NCBI RefSeq assembly: GCF_032191835.1
Contig: NC_083231.1
Coordinates: forward strand, 4,154,001-4,218,000
Source: Heteronotia binoei
Lineage: Eukaryota
Reading direction: 5' to 3'
DNA length: 64,000 nucleotides
The position numbers were made by a program, and so were the translations under genes. This document shows positions 46,250 through 59,058 of the stretch, in pieces (position 1 is the stretch's first letter; each line of letters starts with the position of its first letter). Below the pieces are notes generated by a model, which searched no databases, was not told the DNA's origin, and saw only the letters and a list, made by a program, of their open reading frames with translations.

Positions 46250-49200
46250 TATACCCCATGCCAGAGGCTGAGCACATTTCAGAGAGCTCTGAGAGAGAGC
46301 AGAGAAGAAATGCTACAAGGGTGAGGTTTGGCTTTCTAAGCAGCTGGGGAAGTTGCTGAGAATTTCTGAGTTTGTGTGACTATGTGATTGCTGAAAATTC
46401 TGAGTTTGTGGTTGCTGGGGAACTGCTATTTGTTTGGTTTGAGTGGGCTGAAGGTGATTGTTGCTGATTGATTAGGAGTGGCTGTGTTTCCCACCCTCTT
46501 TGCCAGAGGCGCAAGCCTTTGGCACGAGCCAAAGGGCGAGAGCTAAAGGGCTCTTGGCTGTGGCTCTTAGCCTGGGGGCTCTGTAAGGACCAGGAACCCA
46601 GATCCCTATTTTCCTTGTTTTCCCAATAAGTTAAGTAGACCCTCCAGAAGGAGAGCCACATAAACAGGGTTTAAAAGGGGACTGCATATTTTAAAAAAGC
46701 TATCATGAAGGTAGAATGCCAGCAGGGGGGTGGGGGCTTTCCAGTGTTCTGCACTGAGTGTCGCATGTATGACTATCTTCCCACAGGACAGAAGTCTTGG
46801 GTGTGTGCTCGATGCAAGGAGTTCCTGGTACTCAGGGAACAAGTTCGTTCCCTTGAGGCCGAGGTGACTGACCTGGAGAAGCAGAGACAGTCAGTTAGGC
46901 ACTCGGAGAAGACTCTCAGGGACATATTAGATGAGCCCCACTCTGAATGTGGCAGCCCTGTTACTGCCAGGGAGCATGAGGGTCGAGAGGGAACAGGGCA
47001 CCGTGCTGAGGATAAGGGGAATGCGCCCTCAGAAGGGACCTCTTCTTCAGTTGGTGAGTGGGTATCTTTTTGTGCCAAGGAACCATCCCTGGGCAGGGAG
47101 AGAGGGGGGCGGGTCTTGGTAGTTGGTGATTCGATCCTTAGGCAAGTAGACAGCTGGGTGGCAAAACTGTGTACTGACCGTATGGTGACTTGCCTGCCTG
47201 GCGCGAAGGTGGCGGACATTACGCAGGTTGTAGATAGGCTGATAGACAGTGCTGGGGAGGAGCCAGTGGTCATGGTACATGTTGGCACCAACGATGGGGA
47301 AATGCAGTCATGAGGTCCTGGAGGAAAACTTTAGGCTGCTAGGCGGGAGACTTAAGGCCAGGACCTCCAAGGTAGCCTTCTCAGAAGTGCTACCTGTTCC
47401 ACATGCAGGGCTGGAGAGACAGGCACAAATTAGAAGTCTCAATATGTGGATGAGACGATGGTGTAAGGAGGAAGGGTTTAAGTTTGTTAGGCACTGGGAT
47501 GCTTTCTGGAACAAGCGGGAGCTGTACAAAAGAGACGGTCTCCACTTGTCCACAGGTGGAACCAGGCTGCTGGCGCTTAAAATCAAAAAGGTGGCAGAGA
47601 AGTTTTTAAACTAAATCTTGGGGGAAAGCCGACAGATGAAATGTCTCTGGTTTGGGAGGACTCATCTCAAAGCGATGAAGGGTTAGCTGTTACTTTTCTA
47701 CTGGGTAATGCATCAGAGTTGCCCACTGACAAACAGTATGTGCCAAAGTCTTGAGGCAGCAGGAGGAAGGTCGAGAGCCTAACTTGCCTGGGAAATTATA
47801 GATGTTTGTGTACAAATGCTAGAAGTGTTCGAAGTGAAATTGGTGAGTTGGAATGTTTAGTGTTGGGGGAAAACATAGACATTGTGGGAATTTCAGAAAC
47901 TTGGTGGAATGAGGAGAATCAGTGGGATACGGTGATTCCTGGATATAAGCTATATCGGAAGGATAGGGAGGGAAGGGTTGGAGGTGGGGTGGCTCTGTAT
48001 GTCCGAGAGGATACGGTCCAGTAAGACTGAGGTCAGAGAATTAGATTCCCTTCTAGAAATGCTTTGGGTCGAAATAGAGGGCTCAAAAGGTAATTTAACT
48101 ATGGGAGTTTGTTATCGCCCACCAAATCAAAAGATAAAGGATGATTATAATATGATGGAAGGATTAAAGATAGTGGCTAAACGAAAAAACTGTGTTGTAA
48201 TAGGTGATTTTAACTACCCGCAGATTGATTGGGTTGAGAGAAAGAGGTTGAGTTTCTAGAAGCTCTAAATGACTGTGCTATGAAGCAGATGGTCATAGAA
48301 CCTACCAGGGGTGGGGCAATCCTGGATTTGGTCCTAAGTAATGCCCAACACTTGGGGAGAGATGTAAAAGTGATCGCACCGCTTGGGAGCAGTGACCATA
48401 ATGTTATTGATTTCACCATTTGTATAAACAGAGAGTTGCCGCAAAAGACAAGCACAACCACTTTTAACTTTAAAAGGGGTAAATTCTCTGAGATGAGGAG
48501 GCATGTGAAGAGTAAACTGAAAGAAAAGGTAAATACAGTCAAAACCCTTGGGGAAGCTTGAAGGCTATTTAAAACTACAATCCTAGAAGCTCAGATAAAA
48601 TATATACCACAAGTTAGGAAAGGCACAAACAGGTATAAGAGAAGGTTAACAAACAAAGTAATGGAAGCTGTAAAAGGTAAGAAGGACTCCTTTAAGTGGC
48701 GAAAAGCTAGTCCAAGTGAGATTAATAAAAGGGAACACAGGCTGTGGCAAATCAAATGCAAGACTGTGATCAGGCAAGCAAAAAGGGACTATGAGGAGCA
48801 TATTGCAAAAAACATAAAGACCAACAATAAAAAATTCTTCAAATATATTAGAAGCAGGAAACCAGCCAGGGAGGCAGTGGGGCCCTTGGATGACCAAGGG
48901 GTCAAAGGATTACTGAAGGAGGACAGGGAAATGGCTTCGAAGCTGAATGCATTTTTTGCCTCCATTTTCACTGTGGAAGATGAGAAGTGTTTGCCCGCTC
49001 CAGAACCACTAATTCTGGAAGGGGTGTTGAAAGACCTGAGTCAGATTGAGGTGACAAGAGAGGAGGTCCTACAACTGATTGACGAATTAAAAACTAATAA
49101 GTCACCAGGTCTGGATGGCATACATCCAAGAGTTCTGAAAGAACTCAAAGTTGAACTTGTGGATCTAACAAAAATATGTAATCTTTCATTGAAATCTGCC

Positions 49201-50375
49201 TCCATTCCTGAGGACTGGAAGGTAGCAAATGTCACCCCCATCTTTAAAAAGGGTTCCAGAGGAGATCCCGGAAATTACAGGCCCGTCAGTCTGATTTCAA
49301 TACTGGGAAAGTTGGTAGAAAGCATTATCAAGGACAAAATGAGTAGGCACATTGATGAACACGAGTTATTGAGGAAGACTCAGCATGGGTTCTGTAAGGG
49401 AAGATCTTGCCTCACTAACCTGTTACAGTTCTTTGAGGGGGTGAACAAGCATGTGGACAAAGGGGACCCAAAAGATGTTGTTTACCTTGACTTCCAGAAA
49501 GCTTTTGATAAAGTTCCTCATCAAAGGCTCCTTAGTAAGCGTGAGAGTCATGGAGTAAAGGGACAGGTCCTCTTGTGGATCAAAAACTGGCTAATTAATA
49601 GGAAGTAGAGAGTGAGTATAAATGGGCAGTCTTCGCAGTGGAAGACAGTAAGCTGCTGCAGGACTCAGTACTGTGTCCCATGCTCTTTAACTTGTTCATT
49701 AATGATCTGGAGTTGGGAGTAAGCAGTGAAGTGGCCAGGTTTGCAGATGACACTAAATTGTTCAGGGTGGTGAGAACCAGAGAGGATTGTGAGGCACTCC
49801 AAAGGGATCTGTTGAGGCTGGGTGAGTGGGCATCAGCGTGGCAGATGAGGTTCAATGTGGCCAAGTGCAAAGTAATGCACATTGGGTCCAAGACTCCCAG
49901 CTACAAATACAAGTTGATGGGTTGTGAACTGGAGGAGACTGACCAAGAGAGGGACCTTGAGGTCCTGGTAGATAACTCACTGAAAATGTCAAGACAGTGT
50001 GCGTTTGCAATAAAAAAGGCTAACGCCATGCTGGGTATCATTAGGAAGGGAATTGAAAACAAATCAGCCAGTATTATAATGCCCCTATATAAATCGATGG
50101 TGCGGTCTCATTTGGAGTACTGTGTGCAAATATGGTCACCGCACCTGAAAAAAGGATATTCTCACAATACAAGAACTCATGGGCATTCAATGAAATTGCT
50201 GAGCAGTCAGGTTAAAACGGATAAAAGGAAGTACTTCTTCACCCAAAGGGTGATTAACATGTGGAATTCACTGCCAGAAGAAGTGGTGGCGGCTACAAGC
50301 ATAGCCAGCTTCAAGAGGGGATTGGATAAAAATATGGAGCAGAGGTCCATCAGTGGCTATTAGCCACAGTGTGTT
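46250..50375 (+). mobile_element. CR1 LINE, near full length, inactive (ORF1 ~46705-47614; ORF2 ~47806-50363 with stops, frameshifts and deletions)
   Basis: ORF1 CxxC..CxxC, coiled coil and VLVVGDSILR esterase motif; ORF2 APE (TNARS, GISETW, GDFNYP, DHN) and RT (YLDFQKAFDKVPH, FADDTKL) motifs. Confidence 0.95.
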
Positions 50376-50496
50376 TGGCAGTCTCAGGTATTCCTGGGAG
50401 AACCTTTACAAGACATCTTTGAGGAAGTGGGGAAGACAGGGTCAGGTTCATTAATCTTATCCGTCAACTTCTATTTCCTTTTTTTTTTTTTTAAAG

Positions 50497-50595
50497 GAAA
50501 CCAATGTATTAGGATTCAAGGGACCCAGGAAAATGTCAGTCATCATTCCAGGAATGAATCTAAATCACCAGCGGATTCCAATCAGGCCACGAAAT
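50497..50595 (+). CDS. TULP3: TULP3 coding exon 9 (99 nt)
   Basis: [33 protein letters not shown]; poly-T tract then AAAG acceptor, AAT|GTAAGT donor. Confidence 0.97.
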
Positions 50596-51269
50596 GTAAG
50601 TTTGAATTTCAGTCACAATTACAATGAGACCAGAAAGTGGAATTTCTGATCTGAGCCAACTCCAGTGACGTCCAGCTTTGCCCTTGGGAAAGAAGACAAG
50701 GAGCTGGTGACATTTTTCTAGCCATTTTTCTGTGACCCTTTATTGCCTTTAAATTCCTGAAAGTGAATGTGCATGTGAGTATAATTAAAAATATGTGGGA
50801 AATATTCATAAACTCACCTTTCTCTCCAGAAGTCTGGAACCCAATGGGCAACCACATTGAATTAAAACAATTAAAAACAATTAAAACTTACGCCTGAAGC
50901 CAGCTACAGAATTCATAAGATGCTTTGCCATTCTAATATCTCCATTGCTGCTGTTCCCTCTTGGGAGTTAGGGGGAGGAGTAGACTCTGTTATGCTTGGT
51001 TCTCTTTCCAGTCATACCTGGAGGCAGGAAATGTCTGCCTCCAGGAGAGGGGACACACCCCCTTTAGTCTTTTTGCTGCCTCAGGCTGAGAGGGCTCCTG
51101 GATTTTACTGATTCAAGAGTTCCTGTGTTGCTAATCGTCACTCCTCTTATGGGTTTTCCCTTGTTATGGGTCAGTTAGTCAGCAAGCAGGAAAAACTGAA
51201 TGATGGTCTCCCCAGAGCTTGGGCCCCGCTCCAGTTCTTTTCAGTCTATAAGACGTTCCCAAGATGATA

Positions 51270-52270
51270 TCGTGTGGATGACATGGTGATTGCTGTAAGG
51301 CACAAATCAATTGAAGGTCTGAGGCAATTCTGACAAGGGGCCTTGGAGTTTTGGCTAACTGCCACCATAATTGGCGACTTACCCCAAGCAGCCCAGGGAA
51401 AACAGAATGCTCCTTGTTTCCATCTCAACAGCAATCTCGGCCCCTGCGAACTGAATGTCTGCCTGAATGGTACCCGGCTTAAATACACCCATACACCTAA
51501 ATCCCCTGGCATTTCCCTGGACAGGACCTTGTGCTATAAACACCATCTTACCAATGTAGCAGTGAAAATACACACATGAAACAACATTCTCAAAAAATTA
51601 TGCGGTACAACTTGGAGTGCATCTGCCACAACACTTAAGATTCTCAGATTTGGGGTTGGTGTAGAGTCCCGAGGAATGTGGTGCTTCAGTGGCACTCAAC
51701 ATCCTCCCCCCTCCCCCCCGTCTTCACAAACTTGATATCCAACTTAGTGCAACAATGAGAACCATCAGCAGCTGTTTTAAATCCACTCTGACCTTTTGGC
51801 TACCTATGCTGTGCCACCTCGCTCCCCCACATCTCGAAAGACAAGATGCTCTTCTTCGTGGATATAGAAAGATCACTGAAAACAGAGAGTCCACAAAGAC
51901 ACAGCTGACTAAGATCCCATCCCCCAGCAGTAAGATCTGCATGACTCCTGCAATCAGGACATTTTGATCTAGGGAAGGGATGGTTGTGAGCAGGGATGCC
52001 GTCTGTTCCACCTGATAAACACCGAGAGCCCACAGGATTTGACTTGCCACAAAACGTATGGAAGGTGGCTAATAGAATGTCAGCAGGGCTTGGCAGTTGT
52101 GTGGACCTGTTGTTTAAATGGGGCAAAATACCAGGACCCAAATGCAATTGTGGTATAGCCCACCAAACTGTTTTCCTTCTGTCACAGGACTGTGAGTGTT
52201 GTGGTTTCCAGGGAGATGTGATGGATCTCCCCAACTGCCATTTGAATGGATAGAAAATCTAGATATTAGT
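51270..52270 (+). mobile_element. Vingi/Ingi-like LINE, decayed 3' kilobase
   Basis: LNGTRLKYTHTPK.PGISLDRTL, NNILKKLCGTTWSASATTL, GFDLPQNVWK.ANR..DLLFKWGKIPGPKCNCG. Clade name is from recall. Confidence 0.6.
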
Positions 52271-54098
52271 ATTTAGGGGGATTGCCCAGTTGGTCTGCAT
52301 TGGGGATGGGCAGAAACCTGCCCACGACCCTAAATTCACAACTCAAATTGCCTGGGTCATGGTTTGGAGCTGAGGTCCATGTGATCTCTCCTCAGTGACC
52401 CTCTCATGACCCTCCATGTGGTTTTTCAGGGTTTGGATGTCTCATGGCTGGACTTCTGCAGCCCTGGAAACACCACTCTGCCTCACACAGCCCCCCTGCC
52501 AGCCAGAGCTAGTAGTCACAAAGCCCAAGGAGGGGGGCCCTCCACCACGGAAGCAAGGAAGCAAAGCCCCTCTGCTCAGTGTGAGCTGAAAGGCAGGTGC
52601 CTCAGAGCCCTGAGTAAGCCTCAGACACCCCAGCCCCACTCTTCACAGGACTACCTTTTCCTTCTCTGTCTCTGCCTCTAATTAACGCGTGGCTCACAGC
52701 TGAATGTGAGCTGGGAGTATGTATCATTGTGCTCCCACAGAGCAGAATGGAAGCTCTTAATTTGGCAGCTAGCGCTGCCTGTCAAGCTTTGGAGGGCCGC
52801 TATTGGAGTTCAGTCTCTCTCCCTGTGTGGGGTCTTCTCCAGGCCTCTTTCCATCCATCCATTCATCCGGGCCACGGATGGGTTGGCAGAGCTATGGGGC
52901 ACCCTGCTGAAGAGCACTTCTTGAATGCTCTTGAGCCAGCCAGGAGCCCACCTGGCAGAGCTGCCATCTACATCTCATCCGATGACCAGACGTTTGTTGA
53001 AATCCAGGGGTGTCATCATCCACAGCAGTCCCGGGATATCCCAGAATAGAAAACCCAATGAAAAACTGGCATAAAAGGAACTTGGCAGGACTCTTGTACT
53101 TCAGAACTCTGTGCTGTGCTCTGCTAATTAGTATATTGTTTTCAAGGTGTGTACAGATCCGTCACTTTATAATCCGTTTTAGTAACATCGCTGATACTCA
53201 AGTTAGACCGATTAGTTTCTGTTTCCCAAATCTTCTTCCTCGCCTTCTCCAGAAGATCAGAACAGCATTTTTGCAACTCCAGTCTTGTGGTGCCAAAGGG
53301 GCTGCCAAGGCTTCTCGGAGAGGAGAACACCAGCAAGTGCTTTTGGGACCTTTGGATGCAGTTCTGCCCGAGGTCTTGAACTCCTTAAGTGTGAACGGCC
53401 TGCAGCCCCTTGGCTGGGATCCTGCCCCTGCTGCCGTGCCTGCTTTCTTGCTTGGCTGTCAGGAGCTGAACAGGTCCGCGCTCCGTTTCCTTCCCCCAGA
53501 AGGCCCTCTCTTCTTCCCCTTTAGCTTTCCTGGCACTGCCTCTGCAAAGGCTCCTGCCCCCTTCGCATTTTCAGGCCAGTTAGCTTTTTATCATTACTCT
53601 TAATGGCCACCAAGTCTTTAGCGTCTGCTTTTTAAAGAACTCCCAGGCATCCTGAAGTCCTTTCTTGGACAGATTATTTAGCAAGGAAATCCTATCCCAT
53701 CTCACATAAAGATTGATCCTAACTTGCTATACCTTGTTAGTCAACATTCTTTGCTTATTAAGAAACAAGTGTCTGGCCTTTCTCAAAATGAGAGCAGTAG
53801 TCAAATTCACCAAATTCACAAAACATTGTGTGAGCTTTTGATTGCTGGGGAGGGGGAGGAGCTGATTTCCCAGGTCCTGATGTCAGCATTTGGTTTTGCT
53901 GGCATTCTGTGTAAGATGCCTGCAGGGATTTAGCTTGACTTCCGTGCTGGTCTTAGATGACCCCGTGTTCTCCTCCAAGAAGCAGCAGCAGGGAACAAAA
54001 GCAACTGACTGGAAACACAAAGGCCAGCGATAATTTATCCAGATCCTTCTCAAATGTCAAATAAGATTCTCAGTTCCTCTGAAGGAAGCATCGGGTAG

Positions 54099-57000
54099 TC
54101 ATAGAATCATAGAATCACAGAGTTGGAAGGGACCTCTAGGATCATCTAGTCCAACCCCCTGCACAATGCAGGAAACTCACAAACACCTCCCTCTAAATTC
54201 GCAGGATCTTCATTGCTGCCAGATGGCCATCTAGCCTCTGTTTAAAAACCTACAAGGAAGGAGAGTCCACCACCTCCCAAGAAAGCCTGTTCCACTGAGG
54301 AATCGCTCTAATGGTCAGGATGTTCTTTCTAATGTTGAGCCGGAAACTCTTTTGGCTTAATTTCAACCCACTGGTTCTGGTCCTACCTTCCGGGGCCACA
54401 GAAAACAATTCCACACCATCCTCTATATGACAGCCCTTCAAGTACTTGAAGATGGTGATCATATCACCTCTCAGCCACCTCCTCTCCAGGCTAAACATCC
54501 CCAGCTCCTTCAACCTTTCCTCATAGGACTTGGTCTACAGATCCCTCACCATCTTCATCGCCCTCCTCTTGTCTATATGCTTCTTAAAATGTGGTGCCCA
54601 AAACTGAACACAGTACTCCAGAGGAGGTATTACCAGAGCAGAGTAAAGCAATACCATCGCATCACGTGATCTGGACACTATACTTCTGTTGATACAGCCC
54701 AAAATTGCATTTGCCTTTTTAGCCACCGCATCACACTGTTGACTCATGTTCAGCGTATGATCCACTAAGACCCCTAGATCCTTTTTGCACATACTACTGC
54801 TAAGACAAGTCTCCCCCATTCTATAACCATCCATTGGCTTTTTCCTACCTAAATGCAGAACTTTACATTTATCCCCGTTAAAATTCATTTTATTGGTTTT
54901 AGCCCAGTTTTCCAGCCTGTCAAGGTCATCCTGTATCCTGTTTCTGTCTTCTTTTGTGTTTGCAACCCCTCCCAATTTAGTATCATCTGCAAATTTAAGA
55001 AGCATTCCCTCGATTCCTTCATCCAAATCATTGATAAAGATGTTGAACAAAACAGGTCCCAGGACAGATCCCTGAGGCACTCCACTTGTCACTCCTCTCC
55101 AAGAGGATGAGGAACCATTCACAAGCACTCTTTGGGTGCGATCTGTCAACCAGTTACAGATCCACCTAATGGTAACAGGATCCAAACCACATTTTACCAA
55201 CTTGTCAACAAGGAGAGTATGGGGAACCTTATCAAAAACCTTACTGAAATCAAGATAAATGATGTCTACAGCATTCCCCCCGATCTAGCAAGGTAGTCAC
55301 TTTCTCCAAAAAAGAGATCAGGTTAGTCTGACATGACTTATTCTTGAGAAACCCATGCTGGCTCTTAGTAATCACATCCATTCTTTCTAAATGTTCCAGG
55401 ACCGACTGTTTGATGATTTGTTCTAAAACTTTTCCAGGTATAGACGTCAAGCTGACGGGTCGATAGTTACCCGGATCATCTGTTTTCCCCTTCTTGAAGA
55501 TGGGGAAAACATTCGGCTGCCTCCAATCTTCCGGTACTTCTCCTGTTCTCCAAGAATTTTCAAAAATAATAGCCAGAGGCTCAGAAATTACATCTGCAAG
55601 CTCTTTTAGAACCCTTGGATGCAATTCATCTGGCCCTGAGGACTTAGTTTCATTTAAAGAAACTACGTGTTTATGTACCACCCTTATGCTGATCCTAGGT
55701 TGGAACATCATACCCTCCTTATATGTTCTGTTTTTTCCATGTTGAGCACCGTTCCCCTCAGAAGAGAAGACTGAGGAAAAGTAGGAATTCAGCAGTTCTG
55801 CCCTCTCTTCATTACCTGTTAGAATTTCACTTTCTTGCCCTCGCAATGAGCCTACCATATCTTTGCTCTTTTTTTACTCTGAACATAACCCTTTTTTGTT
55901 CTTTTTAGCATCTTTGGCCAGCTTAAGCTCATACTGAGCTTTAGCTTTCCTACCTTTTTCTCTACAAGCACTGGTGATTTGTTTATATTCATCCTTGGTT
56001 ATAAGACCCTCCTTCCTAAATTCCTAAAGGAGTCTTTTTTATTTCTCAAGTCTTTAGAGAGCTGTTTATGGAGCCACTTCGGCTTCTTTAGGCTTTTTCC
56101 ATTTTTTCTTCTCTTAGAAATCGTCTGTGATTGCACTTTCAGTATTTTGCTTTTAAGAAACTCCCACCCCTCCTGAACCCCCTTCCTCCTAAGTATTTCT
56201 GACCATGAGATTTTACCCAGCATAGTCCTAAGTTTATTGAAGTTTGCCTTTCTGAAGTCCAACCTATAAGTCTGACTATGTCTAGCTTTTCCCTTCCCTT
56301 AGACTGTAAATTCCAAAATCACAAGGTCACTACTGCCCAGGGTGCCCACTATTTCCACTTCTTCAATCAATTCTTCCTTGTTGGTGAGAATCAAATCCAA
56401 GATAGCAGATCCCCTTGTTTCCTTCTTCGTTTCTGGAAAAGGAAGTTGTCAGCAAGACAAGTCAGGAATCTATTTGACTTTTCATTTTTAGCAGAGTTGG
56501 GCTTCCAACTGATGTCCGTGTACTTGAAATCTCCCATGATCACTGTATCCCTTCTCTTGGAGAACTTTGCAATCTGCTGTAGAAGTATCTCATCCAAGTC
56601 CTCTGCCTTACTTGGTGGTCTATAGCAGACCCCCACAGTAATATCACTGTTGTTTCTTACTCCTTTTGTTTTTACCCAGAGACACTCAGCTGAGCTGCCA
56701 TCCTCCGATTCACATATTTCCTCACAAGTATATACCTCCTTCACATATACCGCTACGCCTCCGCCCTTTCTCATTTGCCTGTCCCTTTTAAATAAGTTGT
56801 ACCCTGAATCCTAATATTCCAGTTGTGAGTGTCATCCCACCACGTTTCAGTAAGGCCTATTATGTCATAGTCTCCTTCCTTTATTAGGACTTCTAGATCC
56901 TCCTGTTTGTTTCCCATACTCTGTGCATTAGTGTAGAGACATCGGAATCCATGTTTTATGCATCCCGAGGGTTTAGTTTCCATACAAACCTGCAAGTTAA

Positions 57001-57400
57001 CATTACCTAGTGTATATGCCACTCTCTGCAAATCTTTAATGTTCTTATCCCCGTTTTCTGGCATCATACAGGCTTTGAATTATTGTCTCACTCCCCCATA
57101 CAATTTAGTTTAAAGCCCTCCTTATTAGGTTAGCAAGGCTGTTACCAAACACCCTTTTTCCTACTGTCGTAAGGTGCAAAACATCTCCTGATAGAAGACC
57201 ACCATCTCGAAAGTGTAAGCCATGGTCCAAAAATCCGAATCTTTCCTGACGACACCATCGACGTAGCCAGTCGTTTATATGAAGTATTCTTCTTTCTCGT
57301 CCTAAGCCTTACATTTACAATGTGTGAGATAAATGTAAGGCGAAGGCTTGATCTCATCAGCCATAGAAAAGCAAAACCATAGAGAACGCCATGTTGAAGC
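54099..57400 (-). mobile_element. CR1 LINE (different subfamily): ORF1 end plus ORF2, inactive
   Basis: (ATTCTATG)n-type tail at 54099; RT VPQGSVLGPVLFNIFINDL..FADDTKL; APE YTNAQS, GLTETW, GVCYRPP. Confidence 0.93.
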
Positions 57401-57897
57401 CCACACCTGCCTCACCACGCCTGTTGTTAGTTTGCTCTACAGGCTCACCAAGCATAAGTCAATCTCAGATCCTGGAGATTTTCCAGATATGGATGGTAGC
57501 GTGGGCTAAGGTTGGTGCCAGGTCTTTGCAACTCTCTCCCTCTTGAGATTTGCTTAGCACTTCCTCCGTGTCCCAGTGCCAGATGCAGCCTGTGATTTTC
57601 TCTTCTGCTTTTGACTGCGTTACCATCCTCCCACCCTGCCCTCATTATCAATTTGGCTATGCCTGGATTATTTGTTTCACTAATACTGGTTTGTAAGATT
57701 GAAATTGCTGCTTACTGTTGTTGTCTTTAGGTCTTAAATTGCTTATATATTTCGGAAGTTTTCCTCTTACTGCTACTTTCCATTAAAATAAGCATTTCAC
57801 TATGAATGCTGGGGAAGGTGCTAACGGCAGGAAAATCTAAGCAGCAGAGATTCTAACGAGGAATGCTCCCCCCCCCCCCATTTCTTCTGTTGCACAG

Positions 57898-58069
57898 GAA
57901 CTTGAGAGTTTGTTGTCAAAATGGCAAAATAAAAACCTCGACAACCTGATTGAGCTACACAACAAGGCTCCAGTGTGGAATGACGACACCCAGTCTTACG
58001 TCTTGAACTTCCATGGGAGAGTCACCCAGGCCTCCGTGAAGAACTTCCAGATTGTTCATGACAATGACC
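57898..58069 (+). CDS. TULP3: TULP3 coding exon 10 (172 nt)
   Basis: [57 protein letters not shown]; CACAG acceptor, C|GTAAGA donor. Confidence 0.97.
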
Positions 58070-58924
58070 GTAAGAGCGACAGCAGGGCTTGGGAAGCCAA
58101 ACTCCCTGCTGCTCCACAAGTGTCTTAAGGGTGGACCCACCCCCAGAGTCAGCTTTGGTGGGGAGGAGGGCAGTGCTGGGTCCAGCTATGCCGACCTACA
58201 ACATCTTCCCCTTCTTGCCACTCCTCCCCGCCCCGCCCCCGCAATCAGATTGCCAGATCCCTGCATGGCCCAAACCCTTCCTCTCAACTTCTCACTTCTG
58301 CCATATCCACTTTTGTGCCACACTTGTGCACAGGCTGCCCCTGCTATCGTGTGTGCCATATTTCCCCCCACCCCCGGTTGTGCCCTGCTGGCACATTTGA
58401 CCTCCTGGGTGCTGCCTGTCTCTCCTTCTCCCCCCAAGCTCGTTCCCATTAGCTGGTTGGCCAGATGAGCCCCCCTGCTGACCTATGATGGGCCTCTGGA
58501 TCTGCTCCTTCAGACATGCATGGCTTGAGCAGCTTGATGAGGCCTCTTGGTTTCATGTCGGACCCCTCTGGGAGAGGGGGGCAGCCACTCTGGCCGGAGA
58601 AATGGGGGGACAAAGCAGCATGGGGATAGCCGACGCACTGGATCTTAGCTGCAGGGCCAAGGAGCAAAAGGGACTGGGAGCAGCAGATGGCCTGCTTGTC
58701 AGACACAAGAAAGAGCATGTGTGCACTGGGGCCCCCGTGCCTGCAGCCCGAAAGGCTTGGGAGAAGAAGGAACACCCCCCCCCCCTTTCCCGGGCTGCAG
58801 AGCTCTCCCAGCTGGGAGACGCGGCAGTGTGTGGGTCGAGTCAGCAAAGTGTGATAGCAACTTCCGTTCTTCATTATCTGAAGCTGCTGGATTCTGATTC
58901 TCTCTCTCTCTCTTCTCTCTCCAG

Positions 58925-59058
58925 CCGACTATATTGTGATGCAGTTTGGTCGTGTTGCTGAAGATGTGTTCACTCTGGATTTCAACTATCCCCTGTGTGC
59001 CCTTCAGGCCTTTGCCATTGGACTCTCCAGCTTTGATAGCAAGCTTGCCTGTGAATGA
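58925..59058 (+). CDS. TULP3: TULP3 last coding exon (134 nt incl. TGA)
   Basis: [44 protein letters not shown]; the total spliced CDS of 1401 nt is open. Confidence 0.97.

Noticed and set aside
46705-50363. CR1 ORFs as an active or domesticated gene
   Set aside because: ORF1 is frameshifted; ORF2 is split by several stops, frameshifts and deletions.
52729-53603. ORFs of 106 and 197 aa in TULP3 intron 9
   Set aside because: No recognisable homology and no splice sites fitting the TULP3 phases; the TULP3 CDS is complete without them.
46250-57400. Inverted CR1 pair flanking exon 9 as a dsRNA or circRNA driver
   Set aside because: The copies are visibly different subfamilies; long-range pairing looks too weak to claim without an alignment.
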